Source: Macrostomum hystrix (Eukaryota > Animalia > Platyhelminthes). Taken from it: DNA of 64,000 bases. The stretch lies in NCBI GenBank assembly GCA_950097015.1, contig CATNEN010000037.1, forward strand, positions 558,001 through 622,000. Direction: 5' to 3'. The notes beneath the pieces are model-generated. The model ran no database searches. It saw only the letters and a program-made list of their open reading frames with translations, and was not told the DNA's origin. Both the position numbers and the translations under genes were made by a program. Positions within the stretch are counted from its first letter, which is position 1, and each line of letters opens with the position of its first letter. This document shows, piece after piece, positions 23,775 through 35,700 of the stretch.

Positions 23775-26700
23775 ATGCAACTGGCTTCGATCGCTGGAAA
23801 GCCTACGGAGGAAGCAGCTTATATTCCACTGAAGATGGCAGACGCTGCTGACTGCCGCATCGGGGAAGTCAGTTCTGATGACGATGAGGCGGCCAGTACC
23901 TCCGGCAGTTGCACTGATTTGGACGTCAGCGGTATGTGCTTCGGATTTGGTAGCTCAAAATCTCCCAATTTCAGATTTGGTAGCTCAAAATCTCCCCATT
24001 TGCGGATTTGGTAGCTCAAAATCTCCCCATTTGCGGATTTGGTAGCTCAAAATCTCCCCATTTGCGGATTTGGTAGCTCAAAATCTCCCGATTGCGGATT
24101 TGGTAGCTCAAAATCTCCCGATTGCGGATTTGGTAGCTCAAAATCTCCCAATTGCGGATTTGGTAGCTCAAAATCTCCCCATTTGCGGATTTGGTAGCTC
24201 AAAATCTCCCAATTGCGGATTTGGTAGCTCAAAATCTCCCCATTTGCGGATTTGGTAGCTCAAAATCTCCCAATTGCGGATTTGGTAGCTCAAAATCTCC
24301 CCATTTGCGGATTTGGTAGCTCAAAATCTCCCAATTGCGGATTTGGTAGCTCAAAATCTCCCCATTTGCGGATTTGGTAGCTCAAAATCTCCCAATTGCG
24401 GATTTGGTAGCTCAAAATCTCCCCATTTGCGGATTTGGTAGCTCAAAATCTCCCAATTGCGGATTTGGTAGCTCAAAATCTCCCAATTGCGGATTTGGTA
24501 GCTCAAAATCTCCCCATTTGCGGATTTGGTAGCTCAAAATCTCCCAATTGCGGATTTGGTAGCTCAAAATCTCCCAATTGCGGATTTGGTAGCTCAAAAT
24601 CTCCCAATTGCGGATTTGGTAGCTCAAAATCTCCCCATTGCGGATTTGGTAGCTCAAAATCTCCCATTTGCGGATTTGGTAGCTCAAAATCTCCCAATTG
24701 CGGATTTGGTAGCTCAAAATCTCCCAATTGCGGATTTGGTAGCTCAAAATCTCCCATTTGCGGATTTGGTAGCTCAAAATCTCCCAATTGCGGATTTGGT
24801 AGCTCAAAATCTCCCATTTGCGGATTTGGTAGCTCAAAATCTCCCAATTGCGGATTTGGTAGCTCAAAATCTCCCCATTTGCGGATTTGGTAGCTCAAAA
24901 TCTCCCAATTGCGGATTTGGTAGCTCAAAATCTCCCCATTGCGGATTTGGTAGCTCAAAATCTCCCATTTGCGGATTTGGTAGCTCAAAATCTCCCCATT
25001 TGCGGATTTGGTAGCTCAAAATCTCCCAATTGCGGATTTGGTAGCTCAAAATCTCCCAATTGCGGATTTGGTAGCTCAAAATCTCCCCATTTGCGGATTT
25101 GGTAGCTCAAAATCTCCCAATTGCGGATTTGGTAGCTCAAAATCTCCCCATTTGCGGATTTGGTAGCTCAAAATCTCCCCATTTGCGGATTTGGTAGCTC
25201 AAAATCTCCCAATTGCGGATTTGGTAGCTCAAAATCTCCCCATTTGCGGATTTGGTAGCTCAAAATCTCCCCATTTGCGGATTTGGTAGCTCAAAATCTC
25301 CCAATTGCGGATTTGGTAGCTCAAAATCTCCCCATTTGCGGATTTGATAGCTCAAAATCTCCCGATTGCGGATTTGGTAGCTCAAAATCTCCCCATTTGC
25401 GGATTTGGTAGCTCAAAATCTCCCAATTGCGGATTTGGTAGCTCAAAATCTCCCCATTTGCGGATTTGGTAGCTCAAAATCTCCCAATTGCGGATTTGGT
25501 AGCTCAAAATCTCCCAATTGCGGATTTGGTAGCTCAAAATCTCCCCATTTGCGGATTTGGTAGCTCAAAATCTCCCAATTGCGGATTTGGTAGCTCAAAA
25601 TCTCCCAATTGCGGATTTGGTAGCTCAAAATCTCCCCATTGCGGATTTGGTAGCTCAAAATCTCCCATTTGCGGATTTGGTAGCTCAAAATCTCCCCATT
25701 TGCGGATTTGGTAGCTCAAAATCTCCCAATTGCGGATTTGGTAGCTCAAAATCTCCCCATTGCGGATTTGGTAGCTCAAAATCTCCCAATTTCAGATTTG
25801 GTAGCTCAAAATCTCCCCATTTGCGGATTTGGTAGCTCAAAATCTCCCAATTGCGGATTTGGTAGCTCAAAATCTCCCCATTGCGGATTTGGTAGCTCAA
25901 AATCTCCCATTTGCGGATTTGGTAGCTCAAAATCTCCCCATTTGCGGATTTGGTAGCTCAAAATCTCCCAATTGCGGATTTGGTAGCTCAAAATCTCCCA
26001 ATTGCGGATTTGGTAGCTCAAAATCTCCCCATTTGCGGATTTGGTAGCTCAAAATCTCCCAATTGCGGATTTGGTAGCTCAAAATCTCCCCATTTGCGGA
26101 TTTGGTAGCTCAAAATCTCCCCATTTGCGGATTTGGTAGCTCAAAATCTCCCAATTGCGGATTTGGTAGCTCAAAATCTCCCACATAAGGGTTCGGAGCT
26201 CAAACTCTTCCCAATTAGGTAGATTCAGAGTATAGAGGTTGGTAGTTCGAATTCTGGAGTATCAGAGTTGAGATAAAAGTACACGCGCTAGACTGCCGGC
26301 AGGCTACGCCCTCACAAGTGTTAAAAAAGCAAACATTCAAATTTTTGTTTGCAAAGAAAGCAATTTCCGTGCCTACTCTGCTTTTGCCACCTGTCCGTCT
26401 CGGACCGGTTTGGGTGTAGAGGTAGAGTCGATAACAAGAAGGGATGTATAAATAGCTGTACAGGGAATAGCAGCCCAAGGTTTGCTCGCGACGAAATGGT
26501 TACTATGTACGAAACAGACTGTATTTGTTGCAACTTTACTCGGTCTAGAATTATTTTATTTTGCCTGCAGAAAGGAACTGGAGTGCTCTGCGCGATATTT
26601 TAGCGACGAGGTTTCGGTAAAAATTGGTTTCAGGAACATGAGTTAAATATTGCATTCAGTTTTCCATACTTGGTTAATACTTGGCTGTACTTGGTTAATT

Positions 26701-29700
26701 TCACAGCCGAAGCAGCAGAGGCGCTTCAACCAGTGTCGACATTGACACGCCGGCGACGCTACCAACAGTTGAGCGAACGCGGCCTGACGCGCAGCCAGAC
26801 TGTCTACGCCGTGCTGTGCACCGGCGACGCCGAGCCGTCGTCGAATTCGGCGAAATCCGCCGCCGCCTCGTCGGCAGCGATGCAGAATCGAGTGCTGGAA
26901 GGGCTGGGCAAGAGGGCGCTCAGCCTGGCTGGGCGATACTTGGGTCCGGCTTCGTTTAGGCCGGTGGGACGGGCGCTGCGGGTGAGCGTTTGGATGGGTG
27001 TCGAGGGAATGAGGATTGGGGTGGTGGGTGTCGAGGGAATGAGGATTGGGGCTGTGGGTGTCAAGGGTATGAGAATTGGGGTGGTGGGTGTCGAGGGTAT
27101 GAGAATTGGGGTGGTGGGTGTCGAGGGTATAAGAATTGGGGTGGTGGTTGTCGAGGGAATGAGAATTGGGGTTGTGGGTGTCGAGGGAATGAGAATTGGG
27201 GTTGTGGGTGTCGAGGGAATGAGAATTGGGGTTGTGGTTGTCGAGGGAATGAGAATTGGGGTTTTGGGTGTCGAGGGAATGAGAATTGGGGTTGTGGGTG
27301 TCGAGGGAATGAGAATTGGGGTTGTGGTTGTCGAGGGAATGAGAATTGGGGTTGTGGGTGTCGAGGGAATGAGAATTGGGGTGGTGGGTGTCGAGGGAAT
27401 GAGAATTGGGGTTGTGGGTGTCGAGGGTAGGATTGGGGTGGTTGGTACTGAGTGGAAAACGATGGTTGAAAATTGAGGTGGTGGTTGTCGGGTGTTTGTG
27501 TTGAGTTGGGTTGTGATCAATTAGGCCATAACCGCAAACTCAATTCTCTCCCTGGACAGGTGAATGATCACGTGACCAGTTTGGACTTCTCTCACAACGG
27601 TCTTGAAGCGGAAGGCATGCTGCACTTATCCAAGGTGCTCAGGAATAACAAATCTGTTCAAGAGTTGGTGAGCACGGCTTTGTTGATTATTTGATTAGCA
27701 GACTCCACAATGATCTAATCCTAAACTTTTTGCTACATTTCTTCCAAGAATCTTTCCGGTAACAACATCGGCGACAAGGGTGCCATCGCCATCGCCGACT
27801 TGATGAAGCACAACTCCGCCATCCAGGTGCTGGACATTAGTGGTGAGACGCTTGATCTGCCGCGATTCTACCGCAAACCAGTTTAGATCAGTCTATAGCC
27901 TAGGAGTTGGTTATGGTATTTACTTTAATGAAACCTACGATCAATTTATTTATCAATCAGTAAGAAAAATCAACATATCATTCAGTCAATCAACAAATCA
28001 TCTAGTCAACCAATCAATCAATCGAAGCAGACAACAGAATCGGCGACTCGGGTGGTAAATTCCTGGCCCTGGGCATCGAGCAGAGCGACTCGATTCGCCG
28101 ACTGCGCCTGGACCGCAACTGCCTGTCAGAGTCTGGCGGGCTGCACATCGGCCGGGCTCTTGCCGAGAATTTCGTCCTAGAAGAGCTAGACATCAGCTGG
28201 TGCCGGGTCCGTCGGCTCGGAGCTGTTGCCCTCTGCCAGGGTGTCGGCAGGAATGTCCAACTGAACAGGTGCGTAGCCTAGGGTTGTACCTAGGGTTGCA
28301 GCCTAGGGTTGTAGCCTAGGGTTGTAGCCTAGGGTTGTAGCGTAGGGTTGTAGCCTAGGGTTGTAGCCTAGGGTTGTAGCCTAGGGTTGTAGCCTAGGGT
28401 TGTAGCCTAGGGTTGTAGCCTAGGGTTGTAGCCTAGGGTTGTAGCCTAGGGTTGTAGCCTAGGGTTGTAGCCTAGGGTTGTAGCCTAAGGGTTGCAGCCT
28501 AGGGTTGTAGTCTAGGGTTGCAGCCTAGGGTTGTAGCCTAGGGTTGTAGCCTAGGGTTGTAGCCTAGGGTTGTAGCCTAGGGTTGTAGCCTAAGGGTTGC
28601 AGCCTAGGGTTGTAGCCTAGGGTTGTAGCGTAGGGTTGTAGCCTAGGGTTGTAGCGTAGGGTTGCAGCCTAGGGTTGTAGTCTAGGGTTGCAGCCTAGGG
28701 TTGTAGCCTAGGGTTGTAGCCTAGGGTTGTAGCCTAGGGTTGTAGCCTAGGGTTGTAGCCTAAGGGTTGCAGCCTAGGGTTGTAGCCTAGGGTTGTAGCG
28801 TAGGGTTGTAGCCTAGGGTTGTAGCGTAGGGTTGTAGCCTAGGGTTGTAGCGTAGGGTTGTAGCCTAGGGTTGTAGCGTAGGGTTGTAGCCTAGGGTTGT
28901 AGCCTAGGGTTGTAGCCTAGGGTTGTAGCCTAAGGGTTGCAGCCTAGGGTTGTAGCCTAGGGTTGTAGCGTAGGGTTGTAGCCTAGGGTTGTAGCGTAGG
29001 GTTGTAGCCTAGGGTTGTAGCCTAAGGGTTGCAGCCTAGGGTTGTAGCCTAGGGTTGTAGCGTAGGGTTGTAGCCTAGGGTTGTAGCCTAGGGTTGTAGC
29101 CTAGGGTTGTAGCCTAGGGTTGTAGCGTAGGGTTGTAGCCTAGGGTTGTAGTCTAAGGGTTGCAGCCTAGGGTTGTAGTCTAGGGTTGCAGCCTAGGGTT
29201 GTAGCCTAGGGTTGTAGCCTAGGGTTGCAACCTAGGGTTGTAGCCTAAGGTATTCAAAGGATCGAATTCTAAGGAACACAAAGTGAATAGTGCCACACAT
29301 TGGTGCCACTAGACCTAGAGGAGGCAATTCTGCCCATTTGAGAATATCAGAGATACCGCCATCACAGATTGCACGACAAGTCCCCAGGCCTGACAAGTCA
29401 GGGACGTGAGTTCTTTTCTGGGAACACAGATAAGTTACAGATAAAGGGAAATGAATTGAAAGTTCTGGGAAATCCCGCGTGCCAGTGCCAGTATTATAGG
29501 GGTTCACATTCAGGCGAAAGAAGCCTGGGCATGGTGCATGACCGCAATGTGCGTTTCGCTGACGGTGCAGGTCGCCAGGATGCAGCTAAAGTGCTGGACG
29601 GTGTCCATGTCGCACATTAGCCGCCGAGCGTGGGTGAAGGTGCAGCCTGCTTCTTCCCCACCTGCAGCTCCAGTAAGCAGGAAAAGCGGTTCGGCGGGTG

Positions 29701-32700
29701 CATCGGCGACACGCACTGGTCGTAGGCGGACAAATACACTGCCGGCTGACTCAGAAATGCTCTCGACTCTTGCGAAGTCAAGAGCAGCGTCGGGGACCAC
29801 GTCCGCAAAAGTTCCGACGAAGCACGTGACCGTGCGCAGGTGCGCCAAACTCGGCCGAAACACCTCCAGGGCAAAGCCGTTAGGTAGTACAGCGCGGCGA
29901 AATTTTCCTGGGGACTGTCGAATGGGGCACTGAAGCATCAACCCTTCGACGATCCGGCGATCATCAGCATCTTCCTGACCAGCTGGCAGTTGGCTGGACC
30001 CCAGAAGTCGGCGGCAGGCACTGTCTGCTTCGACGATGTTGCGCAGCTCTGGACCAAGGCGTTTGCGGCCATGCAGCCTAGACAGCAGCCTGTAGTGCTG
30101 AGCTTCAAAAAGACTGGCTGAGAGGCGATGCACTGGCCCGAATTGCAGCGCGAAGTCAGCCATGTGCTCGCAGACCATATGCGCATTGTAGGTAAGGGCG
30201 CGTCGCGAGTAAAGGATTGGCAGCTGTTGCAGAAAGCGGCGCAGTGTCGCTTTGCACTTATGAACCTCCGCCAGAGGGGCACCGTCTAGAGTGAGCCAGA
30301 AAAAATGCAGACGACAGCGCCAACAGATGCTGCGCATAGGCTTCATCTAGCACTGCTGGTAGCACCATAGGCCAATACAGCAGCAACCAGGCCTCAAACT
30401 CATGGCCCCTGAAGTGCTTCAGGTCGTTCAGAGACCGAGGCGCACGCTGGACGCACTTTCCCGGCACCTTAATTGCCGAAGTCAGTCGGTCAACAGCGGC
30501 GATAGTACCTCGGTAGTCAGGATTTCCTGTGTGGTTATTGGATGCGGTGAAATGTCAATGTGTAACACGCGGTGTTTGGCGGTGGGAAACCAGATTCTAC
30601 GAAGGCCCCGTGAGGCCGTGCTTGTTGTATTTGTCAGTTGCGATTACGTAATCAGCGATGTACAGTAAATGAACGATGTTAAACGAACGAACAGTAAATA
30701 CGATAGAATGATTCAGAAAATTATTAGAAATATTCCTACAATGTTACCATTCAAAAACTGCCTCAAAGGCCAGGAATAAAAACCATTACAAATGGAAGTA
30801 GCGCATATTGGCAAGTGTGTGTATGTATACTGCTGCCTGCACTTACGGCCTTAGGGTCCAATTTGCTCTTATGGAAAAGCTGCAGCATCAGGTACTTGAC
30901 CAGGGTGCAGGTACTGGTGCAGGTGCAGGTAGCATGGAGGAGTGTCGCCGACGTAGTCGAGGCCTGGCAGGTGGTACAAAGGGGACACACCCTTAACACC
31001 AAGCAGGTTGTCGACGTTCCGCGGTCGAATTCGTGCCAGGTGGACCGTGTCTGCGAGAGTGCGCCGCCTGACATTATTGCAACCCTCCCGCCTGGCACAT
31101 TCCAAGTCTGCCATTGAGACGTCGGGCGGAAAAAACCTGACGGTCCGGCCTGACTCCTCGACACTGCTGATGCTGATGTAGCACTTGTCGCAACCATTCG
31201 TCCCGTTGTGCTGCATCAGGCACACAGCTTCCGCTCTCTGTGGCGCGTCCATCAGGAAGGTCAGCGGATGCAGGCGTAATACTCCAGCTTGCCTGCCGTC
31301 CGCTCCGCCTCCGGTCGAGTACTGGACTCCGAGTGTCTGCAGAGCGGCAAGATGGTCCACGAGCATAGGCAAGAATGCCATGCAGCCCAGTTTCCGCCGT
31401 CCGCACCAGAAGCCTCCAGTCACGATGAACTCGGACTTTCGGCGATCTGGAACCTCAGTGACGCACGCGTACACTGAGCAAATACTCATAGGGGAAGTCC
31501 GGAAAACCTGTTACGTCGGTGGAAGGACAGTAGAACACAGTATAGAGGACAGTAAGACACTTTAGTTGTCTTAAAAGGAAAAACAAAAAGTATTATATAT
31601 ATATGAATATGCATAGGAATTACCTGAAAACTGTCAATATTGGCCGTGTAACTTAAATCGCATCGTTCGGCAATGGGGATACGACCTTGAAGGCTTTGTA
31701 TCCGGTTGAGCTCCCCAGATGCAACAAGTTGTCATCGGCCGACTGGTCAACCGGAAAGAAAGCGCAGCGCAGCAAGCCCTCCACCTCGATGAGGTGCCGC
31801 AACTGGCCGGCGATTTCGCACATCCAGAATGTGCCCCTGGAGGCGTCATGCGTCACGTCGGTGCTTCAAGCTGGGCATTGCTGGGCAACATTCGCATTCT
31901 CAAGCGGCGCGAGGCACTGCATGCAGAACACATGTTCCTGCAGCAATCCTGCAGCAGATGAAGGCAGCCGCGTTCGCTCAGGAAGAATTTCTCCGATCAG
32001 CTTGAGAATGGCGCTTTGTGCCCGCTGACTCAGTCTGTGGCGCTGCGTCAACTTGTAAAATCTGCCTAGGAAGCTTCCAAACGTGTGCCGGCAGCCAGGG
32101 TATAGAGGCTCATGCTGACCGGCCTGCTCATCGTCGGCACCCTCAAAAGGCTCCTGCTCCCCACCGTCAGGCTCATCAGCCTCTTCAGCTTCCTCCCCAT
32201 CTTCCCGAGCGGCAATACTGGCGATGTCGTCCAGCAAGCTCCAATTGACGGACTCGTCACCGGCCCATTCTTCTAATGCCGTGACCGCAGCTGCTGCATC
32301 TTCCTCTCTAACATCCACGTCCATGTGGAAGTCGGCCTGATCATCATCAGCACCTATTTCAGCAGCAGCTCCATCGGCAGCCTGCTTACGACGCCGTCGT
32401 GACTGCCGCTGGTACCGCGCCATCCGGTCACGCTGCATCGCCAGGGCCTGCTGATCGTCGGCTAACTGCTGACGGCGCCCGAATTATATTCTCGGTGCTG
32501 CTCGCGTCGATCGGCCGTTAATTAATGTATTGTAATATATTTATATCAACTTTATATTAGCACTTGAGCGAGGCTTAGAGTGCGGCACGAAATGTAAAGA
32601 ATTAAGGTATCCGGAAATCGACAAAATCCCAAAACCCTGAAAGGCCCTATTCTCAGCTCCATCTACAGCTCCCGCAAGTGAGGAGGAACAAGAGGGCCCT

Positions 32701-35700
32701 GTGTACGTTGACGTAGCGGAATGCGGAAGAAGTCGTCATTATCGGAGTCCGAGGCATCACGGCGGTGCTCCCGCTCGGCGTCCTGCGCCAGCAGCTGCTC
32801 ATCTCGCTCGTTAATGCGCCGGAGCCTTTCCTCCTCACGGCGTTGTTGAAGGAGTACAAACTGCTGTTCTAGCAGCTGCTCCTGCTGCTGCAGTATGCCG
32901 CGCTGTCGCTCCAGGACCTCCCTCTGGTCCCGGAGATCGGCCTCCACGCCGTCGAGGCTGCGCCTGTCCTCATGCCCCAAACCGGGATACATGAGATCCC
33001 AGAGTTGCTGGTTGGAGCTGCCCATATCAAGAGCGCGCTGCCGTTGCTGCTCCTGAACATCCAGCTGCCGGGCGTTGGCAGAAAAGGGTTGATTGAATGA
33101 GCTCGACATCAGGGGGGTCGAAAAGGCAGTCGCTGAAATCTACAGTATACTTTAGATGGTGAATGTACCCCAATATCGTCACGTCTCATTGTAATTCCCC
33201 CTACTTCTCCCGCGTACTGCTCCCGTCAATCGTTGCCCTCTGTTGTTCGCGCTGCTGTTCCCGGATGGCGTGCTCCTGCCTTTTCAGGTGTGTCTACTCT
33301 CCTAGATGTTTTGTACCTCCCCCTAGCGCTCCGGTGGCTCCGACTGCACAGAGGGGACAGGGGATGGCGGTTCCGGTGACGTGGCGTGCGGCGACGCCGA
33401 CACAACTACATCCGGAGGAGGGGGAGAAGGAAGCCGAAGTGCGAGTGGCTCATCAGACTCTGGCTGGCCAGCTCGCTAGCGGTCCTCTCCCGTCCAGGCG
33501 GCGATGCGGCTGGGGACCCTGGTCGTGTCGGCGCCATCTCGATGATGACATGGTCCAATAATGCAGACCAGTCAATCGGACTGCCGTCACTGCCCTGGGC
33601 CATCTGTAAACTAGCGTAGTTACAGGCTATACTAGCTTGCGAGCTCGAGTCAGACCAAGCACATTCGAATGTCAAATACCTCAAATAGCTATGCGACCAT
33701 GCATGCTGTCAGTACAGTAACAGACATTATGCGCTGTTCGAATAGTTTCATGCATGTGCAGTACGTTGAAGCACACTGCACATTATTATAATAATATTTT
33801 GGGTACCTGTTGCTTCGATCAGTGTACGCACCTGCAGGTTCGACTACTACGTTTGGAGTACTTTCATGTATGGAACCAGTCATATGATGCAGACTGGAAT
33901 ACCTTGCAGGGTAAAATAGTAATATATATTAGTGTTACATATCAGAGTTACGAGTACATGCAATAAGTAGATTAAAATATATTAGCTCACAGAAACTCAC
34001 TTGCGACACTTGACCAGCCATTGAGCAGCTTGAGCCACTTGAGACACTTGACCAGCCATTGAGCAGCTTGAGCCACTTGAGACACTTGACCAGCCATTGA
34101 GCAGCTTGACCCACTTGAGACACTTGACCAGCCATTGAGCAGCTTGACCCACTTGAGACACTTGACCAGCCATTGAGCAGCTTGAGCCACTTGAGACACT
34201 TGACCAGCCATTGAGCAGTGCGAGCCACTTGAGACACTTGACCAGCCATTGAGCAGCTTTACCCACTTGAGACACTTAAACAGCATTTGAGCAGCTTGAC
34301 CCACTTGAGACACTTGAACAGCATTTGAGCAGCTTGACCCACTTGAGACACTTGAACAGCATTTGAGCAGCTTGACCCACTTGAGACACTTAAACAGCAT
34401 TTGAGCAGCTTGACCCACTTGAGACACTTGAACGCATTTGAGCGGTTAGAGCCACTTGAGCCACTTTTTAAACGTACTTGAGCCATCAAAAACATATGAC
34501 CAACTTTTAGGCCGCGTTAGCCTCGAGAGCCGCTGAAAAGTTAAGCAACTTTGGCGCAACTTTTTACACACTTTAGACACCTCACCCGCGCAGGTGGCTC
34601 TAAAATTCTTAAATACGGTCCAAACTGCTAAAAATCTGCGCAAATACTGGTCAAGCTTCTCATATGAGCCGTAAATGACCCACCACGGCGGCTATCAGAA
34701 TTCATCGGGTAGGGTTGTAGCCTAGGGTTGTAGCCTAGGGTTGTAGCCTAGGGTTGTAGCCTAGAGTTGTAGCCTAGGGTTGTAGCCTAGGGTTGCAACC
34801 TAGGGTTGTAGCCTAGGGTTGTAGCCTAGGGTTGTAGCCTAGGGTTGTAGCCTAGGGTTGTAGCCTAGGGTTGTAGCCTAGGGTTGTAGCCTAGGGTTGC
34901 AACCTAGGGTTGTAGCCTAGAGTTGTAGCCTAGAGTTGTAGCCTAGGGTTGTAGCCTAGGGTTTTAGCCTAGGGTTGTAGCCTAGGGTTGTAGCCCAGGG
35001 TTGTAGCCTAGGGTTGTAGCCTAGGGTTGCAACCTAGGGTTGTAGCCCAGGGTTGTAGCCTAGGGTTGCAACCTAGGGTTGTAGCCCAGGGTTGTAGCCT
35101 AGGGTTGTAGCCTAGGGTTGTAGCCTAGGGTTACAACCTAGGGTTGTAGCCCAGGGTTGTAGCCTAGGGTTGTAGCCTAGGGTTGCAACCTAGGGTTGTA
35201 GCCCAGGGTTGTAGCCTAGGGTTGCAACCTAGGGTTGTAGCCCAGGGTTGTAGCCTAGGGTTGTAGCCTAGGGTTGTAGCCTAGGGTTGCAACCTAGGGT
35301 TGTAGCCCAGGGTTGTAGCCTAGGGTTGTAGCCTAGGGTTGCAACCTAGGGTTGTAGCCTAGTGGTTAGAGCGTCAGAATCGCGACTGGAAGGACGGGGG
35401 TTCGATTCCCGACTCCACTGGAACAATTTGTGTCCTTAGCAAGACACTAAAGGGGGTGAGAGGCAGACGTGTTATGCACCACGAGCTCAGGCACCACGGT
35501 CCCTGAGCTCGATTCCTATGGGAGGCCACATTCATTTTGAGGCGCAGCCGCTGAGAGAAGGCCTGGGGGCTTGTCGTGCAATTTTCGCCCTTGAGGCCCA
35601 ACTGCCAAGGCACAGTGATAGTGAAACAAACACTGCCTGACGATGAGAAAGTCGGGGCAGATGTACACACCTGTGTGAGCGTGTATCTGCGTACAGTATC

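Larger units (their letters stand above)
29248..34709 (-). mobile_element. Decayed CMC-superfamily (CACTA/EnSpm-Mirage-Chapaev type) DNA transposon inserted in a 13-bp satellite in LRRC74-like intron 5
   Basis: Non-satellite block bounded by the same satellite on both sides. The right terminus reads CCCGATGAATTC on the minus strand and is followed by TA. It contains a transposase pseudogene, a second ORF and a 38-39 bp subterminal array. A matching left TIR is not intact. Confidence 0.75.

Noticed and set aside
24047-26047. Cluster of overlapping ORFs, and a superficial CRISPR-like regularity
   Set aside because: 30/31-bp head-to-tail units with no unique spacers, no cas genes, eukaryotic intron.
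26982-27520. GVEGMRIGVV, GCRGNENW and PSTPTTPIL repeat ORFs
   Set aside because: A strong donor (CGG|GTGAGC at 26981/26982) ends the exon before the 30-bp array.
28274-29247. Telomeric repeat or chromosome end
   Set aside because: The unit is 13 bp with CTAGGG rather than TTAGGG and lies within an intron whose flanking exons join in frame.
33950-33972. Possible spliced-leader RNA gene (TTATTGCATG on minus)
   Set aside because: Only a 10-mer match to the flatworm SL 3' end as recalled, with no upstream SL body or Sm site evident.
35348-35420. Functional tRNA gene
   Set aside because: T-stem and acceptor stem pair poorly and a CORE-like SINE body follows, so it is treated as a SINE head.
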